Source: Elusimicrobiota bacterium (GTDB taxonomy: Bacteria; Elusimicrobiota; UBA8919). From it: DNA of 34,525 bases. Below, one piece after another: positions 17,550-27,960 of the stretch (positions within the stretch are counted from its first letter, which is position 1; the number at the start of each line of letters is the position of its first letter). The notes under the pieces are model-generated. The model was not told the DNA's origin and ran no database searches. It saw nothing but the letters and a program-made list of their open reading frames with translations. The translations under genes and the position numbers were made by a program. Location of the stretch: positions 1 to 34,525 of the forward strand of contig DMMW01000010.1 in NCBI GenBank assembly GCA_003452965.1, given 5' to 3'.

Positions 17550-20500
17550 TCATTCATGTTCGTGTTTTTTTTCAAGTTCCGACATAGCTTCTTTAACATC
17601 TTTTAAATGTTTGCGGCTTTCAAATACCGACATAAGGCTGTATACACAAGGCACTACAAACAGGGTAAGCAGTGTTGAAAGGAACACACCACCTATGATA
17701 ACCACAGCCATAGGTACTCTTGTTTCTGCACCCGGTCCTAATGCAAGTGCGGGCGGGATTGCGGCGGCAATAGTTGAAAAGGATGTCATTATAATAGGTC
17801 TTAATCTTACAGGACAAGCTTCCATAAGCGCTTCCCTAACATCTTTCCCGCTTTCTCTCTTTTGGTTTGTAAAATCTACAAGTAAAATAGAATTTTTTTT
17901 CACAATACCCATTAATAAAATTATACCTATAGCGCTATACATATTCAACGATTTTCCGGTAATGAGCATAGCGAATATAGCACCTGAAATACTAAAGGGA
18001 AGAGCAATAAGTACCGTGAAAGGATGAATAAAACTATTAAACTGCGTTCCTAAAACCATATATGCTACAAATATACCGAGAATCAATGCTATATATAAAC
18101 TATTAAACGAGTCTTTAAATGTCTGAGCGCTTCCAGAAAAAACCAGCTTATATTCTTCTGGCAGAATTCTTTTACCCAAAGCTTGTACAATTTTAAGCGC
18201 TTCACCCTGAGATTTACCCAACGGAATGTTTGCATACATCCTTATTGCACGTTCTCGGTTTTTACGCGTTATTGAAAGCAAAGTTGGCTTTTCTACTATA
18301 CTTACAACTTCAGAAAGCCGTATAAGTTCACCCCGATTGTTTCGTATCCATATTTTACTTATATCGGAAACATTGCGTCTGTCTTTTTCGACAAGCTGGA
18401 CTCTTACATCATATCGCCTACCACCTTTTGAATATTTGCCGGAACGTACTCCGCCGATTAACGCATTAATAGTATTACCTATCGCGGAAATACTTACACC
18501 ATGGTTTGCAGCTTTTTGTCTATCGGGGACTACATTTACTTCAGGCATTCCAAGAACATAATCAGAATTTACGTCGGTTAAAAATTCTGTTTTTTCCATT
18601 TCTTCTTCCATTATTCTGCTGAAATTTGCAAGCTTATCCCAATCGGGACCATTAATAGTAAACTCAACAGGGAATCCACGCCTTCCCCCCAGACTCATAA
18701 GCGAAGGATCCTGAATAACTACTTTTTCAACACCTGCAATAGTCCTTAAACTTTTGCGTAAAATAGGTATTAATTCTTGTTGTGTCAATGGTTGTTTTTT
18801 ACTTTTATCTATAGGGCGCTGATTGTATGGTTTTAAGGTAAGCATTATTTGACCGGTATTTACCATATCACCGCCAATATTTGTAAAATATGCTTCTATT
18901 TCCTTAATATTTATTAGTTGCTCTTCAATATTTTTAAAAATATCATCAGTATACTCTAATGATGAACCTACTTTTGTTTCCATCCTAACCATTAATCTAC
19001 TTATATCCTGTGCTGGTGTAAACTCGGTTTTAACTAATTTTACGAGCAGCAATGAACCAACAAAGAAAATTATGGAGGTAAGCACAACTTTCAAACGATT
19101 ATCTAAACACCAATTTAATAGTTTTGAATAAATTCTTTTAAAAGATAACATAAAACTATCTATTATTTTCCCAAGTTGCGTAACATGCCCAACTTGTAAG
19201 AACTGAGCGCAAAACATCGGGGTAAGTGTCAAAGCTCCTAATAATGAAATTGCAACTGCAACAGAGATAGTAACTCCAAACTGGAGAAAATAGCGACCAA
19301 TTACTCCTTCCATAAAAATAACAGGTACAAATATCGCAAGTATTGCAGCTGTTGCAGCAATTGCGGCAAATGTAATTTCACGTGCACCCCATATAGCCGC
19401 TTTTACCTTAGTTTCGCCTGCTTCTCTGTGTCTCGCAATATTTTCAAGCATCATAATAGCGTCATCAACCACTATACCTATCACTAACGAAAGTCCTAAA
19501 AGTGTAAACATATTAAGCGTAAACCCGAGAATATACATTACAAAAAGTGTTCCGCATAATGACATAGGTATAGTTAAAAATACATTTAATGCTGAACTGA
19601 ACGAGCCTAAAAACAACCAGCTTACCATGCCTGTGAGTAAAATAGATAATATCATCACAAAATACATTTCATGAATAGATTCCTCAATAACGTTAGTTGT
19701 ATCAAAGCGTATTGCCAAAACCAGACCTTCAGGCAGATATTTGTTCATATTATCAAGTTTCTTTTTAACTTCTTTAGCTACCTTGACTGCATTTGTACCG
19801 CGTTGTTTTCGTATACCCATGCCTACAGTTGTGACTCCCATAGCGCGTGAAATCCTGCGGATATTTTCAGTGCCTTCTTCAACTTCTGCAACATCTCCAA
19901 TAGTGAATTTTTTCCAGATAGGTGAACCTCTACGTGCGGGAATTATCAATGACGCAAACTCCTCAACAGAGCCAGCTTCACCCACTACCCGTATATTCAT
20001 TTCCTTCTTACCGGTATCTATATAACCTGCAGGTACTTCTGCATGTTCGGATTGAATTGCTGAAGTAATATCATCTATTGTCATTTCGTTGTTTCGCATT
20101 TTTTCGGCATTCAACCATACTCTAAGATTGGGTTCGGCAAAACCTCCCATAAAAACCTCACCTACACCGGGAGTAGTTGCCAGTTGGTCAACTATTTGAT
20201 TCTTTGTATATTCCATAAGATATTTCAACGGTTTGTTTCCAGACAAAGAAATCCATAATATCGGCTGGTCTTCAGTATTGCTTTTTGAGATAATAGGCGG
20301 TTCTGCATCGCGAGGCAGGTTCCTCTGACTGCGTGCTACTGAGCTCTGAACATCCTGCAGAGCAACATCTATATTTTTATTAATATCAAAATAAACAGTA
20401 ACTCTTGAACGACCTCTTTGTGAACTAGATAAAACTTCCTGAACACCTTCAATACCCATAACCGCATCTTCCAAAGAATTAGTAACTTCCGTCTCCATAA

Positions 20501-20672
20501 CTTCAGGAGATGCGCCTTCCCATGAACAGGATACTGAAAGCACCGGTTGATCTACATCGGGAAGCTGACTTATGCCAAGTTGAAAAAAAGAAATTATTCC
20601 AAAGATGATAATACCAAACATCACCATCCATGCAAATACAGGATTTTTAATTGAAAAATCCGATAAAGTCAT
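17550..20672 (-). CDS. RND-family efflux transporter (AcrB/HAE1-like inner-membrane pump).
   Basis: 1040 aa, 12-TM pattern, canonical AcrB N-terminus (FSIKNPVFAWMVMFGIIIFGIISFFQLGISQLPDVD). SD AAGGAG 8 nt upstream. Confidence 0.9.
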   Translation of the reverse strand: MTLSDFSIKNPVFAWMVMFGIIIFGIISFFQLGISQLPDVDQPVLSVSCSWEGASPEVMETEVTNSLEDAVMGIEGVQEVLSSSQRGRSRVTVYFDINKNIDVALQDVQSSVARSQRNLPRDAEPPIISKSNTEDQPILWISLSGNKPLKYLMEYTKNQIVDQLATTPGVGEVFMGGFAEPNLRVWLNAEKMRNNEMTIDDITSAIQSEHAEVPAGYIDTGKKEMNIRVVGEAGSVEEFASLIIPARRGSPIWKKFTIGDVAEVEEGTENIRRISRAMGVTTVGMGIRKQRGTNAVKVAKEVKKKLDNMNKYLPEGLVLAIRFDTTNVIEESIHEMYFVMILSILLTGMVSWLFLGSFSSALNVFLTIPMSLCGTLFVMYILGFTLNMFTLLGLSLVIGIVVDDAIMMLENIARHREAGETKVKAAIWGAREITFAAIAATAAILAIFVPVIFMEGVIGRYFLQFGVTISVAVAISLLGALTLTPMFCAQFLQVGHVTQLGKIIDSFMLSFKRIYSKLLNWCLDNRLKVVLTSIIFFVGSLLLVKLVKTEFTPAQDISRLMVRMETKVGSSLEYTDDIFKNIEEQLINIKEIEAYFTNIGGDMVNTGQIMLTLKPYNQRPIDKSKKQPLTQQELIPILRKSLRTIAGVEKVVIQDPSLMSLGGRRGFPVEFTINGPDWDKLANFSRIMEEEMEKTEFLTDVNSDYVLGMPEVNVVPDRQKAANHGVSISAIGNTINALIGGVRSGKYSKGGRRYDVRVQLVEKDRRNVSDISKIWIRNNRGELIRLSEVVSIVEKPTLLSITRKNRERAIRMYANIPLGKSQGEALKIVQALGKRILPEEYKLVFSGSAQTFKDSFNSLYIALILGIFVAYMVLGTQFNSFIHPFTVLIALPFSISGAIFAMLITGKSLNMYSAIGIILLMGIVKKNSILLVDFTNQKRESGKDVREALMEACPVRLRPIIMTSFSTIAAAIPPALALGPGAETRVPMAVVIIGGVFLSTLLTLFVVPCVYSLMSVFESRKHLKDVKEAMSELEKKHEHE

Positions 20673-20692
20673 ATAAAAATCTCCTTAAAAAT

Positions 20693-21934
20693 CTATTGAT
20701 TTGCTGCAGCATTCAGTAATGCTTTATCTATTTTCGCTTCAACAAGTGCCCTGTCTAAATTACGTTTTGCATCAGACATTGTAGTCATAGCTGCTAATAC
20801 ATCAAGATTATTAACTAATCCGAGTTTATAGTCGCGTAATTGTAGCTGGTAACTTTTTTCGGCTTTTTCGTATGATTCCCTATACGCCTTGACTTGATTA
20901 AGTGAAGATATAAGAGCCTGATAATACTTTTTAACCTCGCTAACAGCGTCTTGCTCAATTAAATCTAATTTGCTTTCCATTTCCTGGAGCCTAAAAGATA
21001 CTTCTTTTATTCTACTACGAATAATTCCACCTTGAAACAAAGTCGCATCCAAATAAATATAAGCGTCCCATTCACTATCAACATTTCCGTTGTTTCGGTT
21101 AATATATTTAGAACCTTCAAGATTAAGTGTGGGTAAAAGAGAACCTTTAGCTATACGCAATTCATAAGATTGTATTTCTTTATCTTGTCGTGCGGATTCA
21201 ATATCAGCTCTGTCTTTAACAGAATCAACATAATATTCCAATATACCCGCATCAGTTATATCCTGGGTATCATCATCAACTTTAAGTGAAGCCGAATCCA
21301 TATAAACTAAACGACTAAGGATTTCTACAGCATTTGCACGTTCACCTGCGGTTTTTTCAAGCTGAGCCTTAAAAGTAGCAATCTGAGATTCAACGGCAAG
21401 CACTTCGCTTTCCCGCGATTTTCCTAAGCGGAACCTTTCATTAAGTTCTTTTACTCTGTCCTGCATAAGTTTAAGTATATATTTCAAGTTTACAATATCT
21501 ACATCGGCTTGAACAACAGAAAAAAAAGCTTGTGATACATCCGCTTTTAGTAAACGCAAGGTATTGTTAAATAATGCCTGTTCTTTTTTAATTTCTGCTT
21601 TTGATTGGGATATCGCTTTAGTTTTTCTAAAACCATAAAACAAAGGTTGGCTCAAAGTGAATTTGGAATCACCGCCACCTGATGCATATTCACCGCCTGC
21701 GGTATCTCTCTGAAATCTTGAATATCTGAATCTAATATCCGGAAGCATTTCACCTCTTCTTTGGTTTAGTAACTGTTCTGCTTCGAGATGTTTTTGTTTT
21801 TGTATATTTAATTCAAGACTATGCGACTGTGCCATATCAAGGCATTGTTTCAGCGTCCAGCCGTCAGCACCGTTTTCAGCATACATACAGGACACACAAA
21901 TTGGAATAAGTAATAGAAATGACAAAATATTCAT
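20693..21934 (-). CDS. Outer-membrane efflux protein (TolC/OEP family).
   Basis: Signal peptide. Two OEP coiled-coil repeats. 20 bp upstream of the RND gene on the same strand. Confidence 0.8.
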   Translation of the reverse strand: MNILSFLLLIPICVSCMYAENGADGWTLKQCLDMAQSHSLELNIQKQKHLEAEQLLNQRRGEMLPDIRFRYSRFQRDTAGGEYASGGGDSKFTLSQPLFYGFRKTKAISQSKAEIKKEQALFNNTLRLLKADVSQAFFSVVQADVDIVNLKYILKLMQDRVKELNERFRLGKSRESEVLAVESQIATFKAQLEKTAGERANAVEILSRLVYMDSASLKVDDDTQDITDAGILEYYVDSVKDRADIESARQDKEIQSYELRIAKGSLLPTLNLEGSKYINRNNGNVDSEWDAYIYLDATLFQGGIIRSRIKEVSFRLQEMESKLDLIEQDAVSEVKKYYQALISSLNQVKAYRESYEKAEKSYQLQLRDYKLGLVNNLDVLAAMTTMSDAKRNLDRALVEAKIDKALLNAAANQ

Positions 21935-21993
21935 AATTAAAATACTTTTAAAAAAAGGGATATTACATTAGATGTTTAAATCAGTAAAAAGGT

Positions 21994-22080
21994 TTACTCC
22001 ATTAGAGATTAGTTATTGTGGAATATAAATTACCACGGAATCATATTAAAGCGTTTTCTATCTCTAATGGGGCTTACTCC
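21994..22080. repeat. 11-bp perfect inverted repeat CCATTAGAGAT ... ATCTCTAATGG (21999-22009 and 22060-22070), flanked by direct TTACTCC copies. Lies in the 540-bp non-coding region between the efflux operon and the SPFH gene.
   Basis: Read directly. Confidence 0.5.
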
Positions 22081-22477
22081 TTACGAAAATATTGATAAGG
22101 ATATTTCTCAACAAGCACATTATATATTTTTCAACTAACTTTGCAACCTTAAAATAAAAAAACCTTAAAAAATAATATTATACAATTTAAAAAAACACTG
22201 TCGGGATAAACTCCATTGGCAGTCGCAATCTTGCCTGCCTAAGATTTCTTGTCCTTCGTAGCTTTATCGGTTGAAATTGAAAATTGACCCACCATAGAAG
22301 AAGTTAATCAAAGAATTCCTCCTTGTTTTTTCATAAAAATTGGATATAATCAGTTAAGTAAGTTAATATGATGTGTATGAGATATGTAGTATGTCCCCAG
22401 CATCCCAGAAATCGTAGGAAAAGCAGGATAATATAAATGGAGTGTCTTTGACATTACCATATTCTTTAGGAGGTCAT

Positions 22478-23338
22478 ATGATAGACGAAAAAGATGTTTA
22501 TGAGGCTAAGAAGAAAGTGCAGTCTGCAATGAAGGATGCGACTGTAAGGATGGCGGTGATTGTTGGGGCGATTCTGTTGGGCATTCTGTTCTTTAGACCA
22601 TGGATCCAGATTGGTCCTGGCGAAAGAGGTGTTGTCTTAAATTTTGGTGCTGTTCAGAAAAACGTGCTTGGAGAAGGATTGCATTTTAGGATACCTATAG
22701 TGCAGACGATTGCCATAATGGATGTAAAGGTGCAGAAGGCAGAGACAGGTGCTGCATCCGCCTCGTCCGATCTTCAGGATGTGACATCATCGGTTGCGCT
22801 TAACTATCATATAGTCCCGGATAAGGCAAATGTTGTCTATCAAACCATCGGGGTATACTTTAAGGAGCGTATTATAGACCCTGCAATACAAGAGGTAATG
22901 AAAGCTGTGTCAGCCAAGTATACAGCAGAAGAACTTATAACAAAGAGGGCAGCAGTAAGCGAGGCTATAAGAGAAACACTTGCTGAAAGACTTTTAGCAT
23001 ATAATATAGCAGTTGATGCATTTTCCATTATCTCATTCAGTTTCTCTAAGGTATTTACAGAAGCCATTGAGTCAAAACAGACAGCAGAACAGCTTGCACT
23101 AAAAGCAAAGAGAGACCTGGATAGGATAAAGATAGAGGCGGAGCAGACAATTACGGCAGCAAAAGCAGAGGCGGAGTCCCTGAGGCTGCAAAGAGCGAAT
23201 ATTTCTACGGACCTTATAGAATTGAGAAAAATAGAGGCAAACCTTAAGGCAATAGATAAGTGGAATGGAATCCTTCCGCAGGTTACAGGTAGCGGAGCAA
23301 TACCATTTATTGGAGTAGGGGATATACAGAAAAAATAA
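22478..23338 (+). CDS. SPFH/band-7 (prohibitin/HflC-like) membrane protein.
   Basis: N-terminal TM. PHB-domain pattern (GERGVVLNFGAVQKNVLGEGLHFRIP..., coiled-coil C-terminus). Start at ATG 22478 with SD AGGAGG 5 nt upstream. Confidence 0.8.
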   Translation: MIDEKDVYEAKKKVQSAMKDATVRMAVIVGAILLGILFFRPWIQIGPGERGVVLNFGAVQKNVLGEGLHFRIPIVQTIAIMDVKVQKAETGAASASSDLQDVTSSVALNYHIVPDKANVVYQTIGVYFKERIIDPAIQEVMKAVSAKYTAEELITKRAAVSEAIRETLAERLLAYNIAVDAFSIISFSFSKVFTEAIESKQTAEQLALKAKRDLDRIKIEAEQTITAAKAEAESLRLQRANISTDLIELRKIEANLKAIDKWNGILPQVTGSGAIPFIGVGDIQKK

Positions 23339-23341
23339 ATT

Positions 23342-23614
23342 ATGAGTAGATATTTTCTTTTTCTTATTATTGCGGGGATAGTAGGCGGTATTATAGCCAG
23401 AAGAAACGGGCGCAACTTTACAATCTGGTTTATGCTATGTGTCCTTTTCCCTTTTCTTATCATTGTTATTGCGTTACTTCCACCTTTGCTATCTGAAGGA
23501 TATACAAAAAAGTGTCCTTACTGTGCAGAAATTATTAAAGAAACCGCAAAATTTTGTAAACACTGTGGTAAGGAGCAACCTATAGATATGGTCAGGGTGT
23601 CTTCTAATAAATAA
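23342..23614 (+). CDS. Small membrane protein: two TM helices plus a C-terminal CxxC...CxxC zinc ribbon. Probable partner of the SPFH protein.
   Basis: CPYC...CKHC. Start lies 4 nt after the SPFH stop. Confidence 0.55.
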   Translation: MSRYFLFLIIAGIVGGIIARRNGRNFTIWFMLCVLFPFLIIVIALLPPLLSEGYTKKCPYCAEIIKETAKFCKHCGKEQPIDMVRVSSNK

Positions 23615-23700
23615 CTATGCATCTCAACGACATGTCTAAATGTCCGGTTTGTAGAAACTTTATTTCTTTTTGTAATGAATGTTGTAGGTAAATATTTAAC

Positions 23701-25428
23701 ATGGAATCATGGGGGTATTTAGAAATGATAGAAACATTTTCTAATAAAGAAATAAAAAAGGATAGTAAGATAGCCTATTTCTCAATGGAGATAGGCATTG
23801 ATTCAAGAATTCCAACATACAGTGGTGGACTCGGAGTTTTAGCCGGGGATACACTTAAATCCTGTGCAGACCTGAAAGTACCGGTGGTTGGGATAACGCT
23901 GTTATATAAAAAAGGATATTACTATCAGAAATTGGATGAACGGGGAAATCAAATAGAATTACCTGTACAATGGACACCGTCTGATTTTTTAGAACTGTTG
24001 CCAGAAAAAATAAATGTAAAAATAGAAAACAGAGATGTAATTGTTCAAGCATGGCAATACAACTTGGAATCGGTAGACGGGCGTAATACGACGGTCCCTA
24101 TACTCTTCCTTGATACGGATATTTCTGAAAATAGTAACTACGATAGGTCGCTTACGGATAAACTCTATGGCGGAGATGAGAAATATCGGCTTGCACAGGA
24201 GATTATTTTAGGAATTGGCGGTGTGCATATCCTCCGTAAACTTGGATATAATAGTATAAAAAAATACCATATGAATGAAGGGCATGCAAGTTTGTTGGTT
24301 TTGGAATTGCTCCGAGAACTCAAAAAACAAGAAGACTCTTCATTGGATTTTGATGCGGTGCGAGATATGTGTGTTTTCACAACGCATACGCCTGTTCCTG
24401 CAGGACATGACAAATTTTCTTACGACTTAGTAAAAAATGTTCTGGGTGAATTTCTTCCGATTGATGTGCTCAAAATGCTTGCCGGAGAAAAGAATTTCAA
24501 CATGACATTACTTGCGTTAAACTCATCCAAATATATAAACGGCGTAGCAAAAAAACATGGAGAAGTTTCCCGCGAAATGTTTCCCAATTATTCTATTGAC
24601 TCAATAACAAACGGAATTCATTCATACTCTTGGGCATCGGGAAGTTTCAGGAAATTATATGATAAATATATTCCCGGTTGGACAAAAGACCCTTTTACAT
24701 TAAGGTACACTATCAGTATTCCAAAAACTGAAATATGGAATGTACATCTGGAAGCAAAAAAAAACCTTATTGATTATGTCAATAAAGAAACGAATGCCGG
24801 AATGGATTATGAAACATTCACAATAGGGTTCGCAAGAAGGGCATCTACATACAAACGTGCAGACCTTTTATTTTTTGATAATCATCGGCTTGTTAATATA
24901 TCTAAAATCGGAAAAATACAAATCATATTTGCCGGAAAGGCACACCCGAAAGATATACCGGGAAAGGAGATAATTAAAAAAATTTTCAGTCATATACACA
25001 ATTTAAAAACCGATATAAAAATTGCTTACCTTGAAGATTACAATATAGAACTTGGAAAAATGATTACATCCGGGGTTGATTTATGGTTAAATACGCCGTT
25101 AAAGCCTAGAGAGGCATCAGGCACTTCCGGTATGAAAGCATCGCTTAACGGAGTGCCGAATTTTAGTGTTTTAGACGGTTGGTGGATAGAGGGCTGTATT
25201 GAAGGTATTACCGGCTGGTCAATAGGGACAAAGTTAGCCGAAGAAAACTCCGATAAGAAAGATGCCGAAGATTTATACGCAAAGTTAGAAAATATAATTA
25301 TTCCGATGTTCTACAAGTATAGAGAGCAGTGGCTGAATATTATGCAATACAGTATTGCATTTAATGCCTCTTTTTTTAACACGCACAGAATGGTTCACCA
25401 GTATGTGCTAAATGCGTATCTGGATTAA
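23701..25428 (+). CDS. glgP: Alpha-glucan (glycogen/maltodextrin) phosphorylase, short archaeal/thermophile-type GT35.
   Basis: N-terminal IAYFSMEIG...GGLGVLAGD. PLP-Lys signature EASGTSGMKASLNG. The start may instead be ATG 23725, which has a better SD (GGGGG). Confidence 0.8.
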   Translation: MESWGYLEMIETFSNKEIKKDSKIAYFSMEIGIDSRIPTYSGGLGVLAGDTLKSCADLKVPVVGITLLYKKGYYYQKLDERGNQIELPVQWTPSDFLELLPEKINVKIENRDVIVQAWQYNLESVDGRNTTVPILFLDTDISENSNYDRSLTDKLYGGDEKYRLAQEIILGIGGVHILRKLGYNSIKKYHMNEGHASLLVLELLRELKKQEDSSLDFDAVRDMCVFTTHTPVPAGHDKFSYDLVKNVLGEFLPIDVLKMLAGEKNFNMTLLALNSSKYINGVAKKHGEVSREMFPNYSIDSITNGIHSYSWASGSFRKLYDKYIPGWTKDPFTLRYTISIPKTEIWNVHLEAKKNLIDYVNKETNAGMDYETFTIGFARRASTYKRADLLFFDNHRLVNISKIGKIQIIFAGKAHPKDIPGKEIIKKIFSHIHNLKTDIKIAYLEDYNIELGKMITSGVDLWLNTPLKPREASGTSGMKASLNGVPNFSVLDGWWIEGCIEGITGWSIGTKLAEENSDKKDAEDLYAKLENIIIPMFYKYREQWLNIMQYSIAFNASFFNTHRMVHQYVLNAYLD

Positions 25429-25431
25429 ATT

Positions 25432-26847
25432 ATGCGTAAAACAAAAATTATCTGTACTATGGGTCCGGCTTCAGAAAAACCCGTAACGATTGAAAAAATG
25501 ATAAAATCGGGAATGGATATTGCGCGTCTGAATTTTTCACATGGCAACCATGAAGAACATAGAGAACGTATCAACATTATACAAAAAGTATCAAATAAAT
25601 TGAGTAAAAACATAGGGATTATGCAGGATTTACAGGGTCCAAAGATTCGTATTGGCAAATTTAAACCGGGAATACAAAATATAATCCTACAACCTGGTGA
25701 GAAATATATTTTAACTACCGAAAATTGCCCAGAGGGAGATAAAAATAAAGTAAATGTAGATTATAAAGAACTACACAGATATCTTACTAAAAACGATAGA
25801 ATTTTTCTTGATGACGGCAAAATAGAACTATTAGTAAAGAAGGTTATAAATAGAAATATTGAGTGTGAAGTAGTTGTCGGTGGCGAATTATCAGAACGCA
25901 AAGGACTCTCTTTACCGGATAAGCATCTACCACAACCTGTGATTACTCAACAAGATATAAATGATTTGTATTTTGGCATGAAAATCGGAGTAAATTATGT
26001 TGCAGTATCTTTCACAAGAAAAAAAGAAAATATACTGAAAATAAGAAAGCTGCTTAGAAACAATAATAAGATATCGCTAATTGCTAAAATTGAGGATGCT
26101 GAAGGATTAAGTAATATTAACAGTATAATTGATGTATCTGACGGTATAATGATTGCACGTGGTGACTTAGGTGTATGCTTACCAAGAGCAGAAGTACCTC
26201 TAATACAAAAAGAAATAATTAGAAAATGCCGTAAATCAGGTAAACCGGTAATAGTTGCAACACAGATGCTTGATTCAATGACAACAAATCTTCATCCTAC
26301 TCGTGCAGAAGTGAATGATGTTGCTAATGGTGTGTTAGATGGGGCAGATTGTTTAATGCTTTCTGGGGAAACTTCTATAGGCAAATATCCTATAGAAACA
26401 GTCAGGGAAATGGGCGAAATCATTAACACAATAGAAAAATCCGCTGATTATCTGAAAACCCTAACTTCAGAAAATTTTTATCCACAAGAACGCGGATTAA
26501 TTCAAGGATTAAGTATAGCAATTGATAAACTTTCACAAGTTGACAATGCAAAAGCAATTATCTGTTTAACCAAAACCGGTAATACAGCTAAAATAATTTC
26601 ACAATATCGCCCGCAATTACCGATAATTGCTGTTACGGTAGATAAAACGATTGCAATGAAATTACTTGTCTATTGGGGGATAAAAGTTTTAATCGGTAAA
26701 AAAGTAAAAGATGTAGAACGGAATTATAACACTTTTGTCAGGCAAGTAAAAAGAGAAGGACTGGTTAATGAAAGTGGTATAGTAATTATTACAAGTGGAA
26801 TAAAAGAAAAACCATTTCTAGCAAATATTTCTGTAGTTGAAGTATAA
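25432..26847 (+). CDS. pyk: Pyruvate kinase.
   Basis: KIICTMGPAS, NFSHG, GPKIRIG, MIARGDLG, MLSGETS signatures. Confidence 0.9.
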   Translation: MRKTKIICTMGPASEKPVTIEKMIKSGMDIARLNFSHGNHEEHRERINIIQKVSNKLSKNIGIMQDLQGPKIRIGKFKPGIQNIILQPGEKYILTTENCPEGDKNKVNVDYKELHRYLTKNDRIFLDDGKIELLVKKVINRNIECEVVVGGELSERKGLSLPDKHLPQPVITQQDINDLYFGMKIGVNYVAVSFTRKKENILKIRKLLRNNNKISLIAKIEDAEGLSNINSIIDVSDGIMIARGDLGVCLPRAEVPLIQKEIIRKCRKSGKPVIVATQMLDSMTTNLHPTRAEVNDVANGVLDGADCLMLSGETSIGKYPIETVREMGEIINTIEKSADYLKTLTSENFYPQERGLIQGLSIAIDKLSQVDNAKAIICLTKTGNTAKIISQYRPQLPIIAVTVDKTIAMKLLVYWGIKVLIGKKVKDVERNYNTFVRQVKREGLVNESGIVIITSGIKEKPFLANISVVEV

Positions 26848-27238
26848 GGGGGCTGGGACTATGCTCTTGACTTTTTATTGTAGTATGTCCCCCAAGGTCC
26901 ATAGTAAACAACGAATGGTATTTTGGGGAATACAATACCTAAATAACGTCAAAAAAAATGAAAAATCAATGAAAACACAACTAATTGCTGAAGCAAACGT
27001 ATGGTGGAAATTTGGTAAAAACTTTTCTTACATATCAAAAGAATTACAAAGGAATTGACCCTACCCCATTAAATTTTACTAATACTAAATCCTATCTAAA
27101 AATTACTTGACAATTTATGAATATTATTATAAGACATATATGTAATATAAATGATAGTATACACGGTAAATGCGAGCAAATAATAGCATACTCATAAGTA
27201 TCCTACTCGTGAGTATTCTAACTAAAAGGGTGCGGTTT

Positions 27239-27574
27239 ATGGAGCATAAATTCATAAATAGAAAATCTGAAATTGATTCATTAGAAAAAAAGTGGGAAGA
27301 GAAAAAAAGCCACTTGATTATTGTTTACGGCAAAAGGCGTGTAGGTAAAACGGAAATCATAAAACAGTTTATTAAAAATAAACCCTCTGTATATTTCTTG
27401 GCTGACAAACGGACTATAAACGAACAACTCAAAGAATTAGGCAGGTTATTCGGCGCTCATTTCAAAGATGCCCTACTTGAAAAGAACGGATTTACCGACG
27501 ATATGCTGAAACTGGCGAAACAAGAACGTGTTTACTTAGTCAACAAGAACGAATTGATTGAGATGCAAGAGTAA
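27239..27574 (+). pseudogene. N-terminal Walker-A fragment of an archaeal-type ATPase (PF01637 ATPase_2 / DUF234-associated), ending prematurely.
   Basis: FINRKSEIDSLEKKW...LIIVYGKRRVGKTEIIKQF is the canonical N-terminus of ~450-aa ATPases. Here the ORF stops at 111 aa. Confidence 0.5.
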
Positions 27575-27666
27575 TAAGACAGTATAGGTCGCGACAGAGC
27601 AACAGTTTATAAGTTAAAGATTGATTCGTTGCATTAGTATTTAAAGAAATTGGACGAGCTGACGAG

Positions 27667-27891
27667 ATGGGGTCGGGTGTCAGGAAACTCTATAAATATT
27701 GTAAAATCAACTCGGGATTAAATCCCCAGTTGATAGAAGAGGATATATTTAAAATTATTATTCCATTAGATGAGCAAGTTGGTGAGCAAGTCCTAAAGAT
27801 ACTTAAATACTGTAAAATCTCAAGAAAGAAGCAAGAAATATCCGATATGTTATATCCCGACGAAGGAACGGAAATCTTTCACTTTATATGA
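27667..27891 (+). pseudogene. Short ORF (74 aa), possibly a remnant of the C-terminal region of the same truncated ATPase gene.
   Basis: Its position right after the ATPase fragment is the only support. No motif recognised. Confidence 0.2.
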
Positions 27892-27960
27892 TAAAAGATG
27901 AAAAACCAAAAAGACCCCGTTCCTTGATTTTTCACTGTAAAAGAGTATAATCAAATCATT

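Noticed and set aside
22385-22398. 14-mer TGTAGTATGTCCCC shared with 26879-26892
   Set aside because: A single exact 14-mer pair is within chance expectation for a 34.5-kb window and has no flanking similarity.
22840-23463. 207-aa ORF antisense to the SPFH gene
   Set aside because: It lies entirely inside a well-supported gene on the other strand, has no motif, and its composition is odd.
26837-27058. 73-aa ORF after pyk
   Set aside because: It has no RBS, overlaps the pyk stop, has low complexity, and the region looks like a non-coding promoter or UTR.
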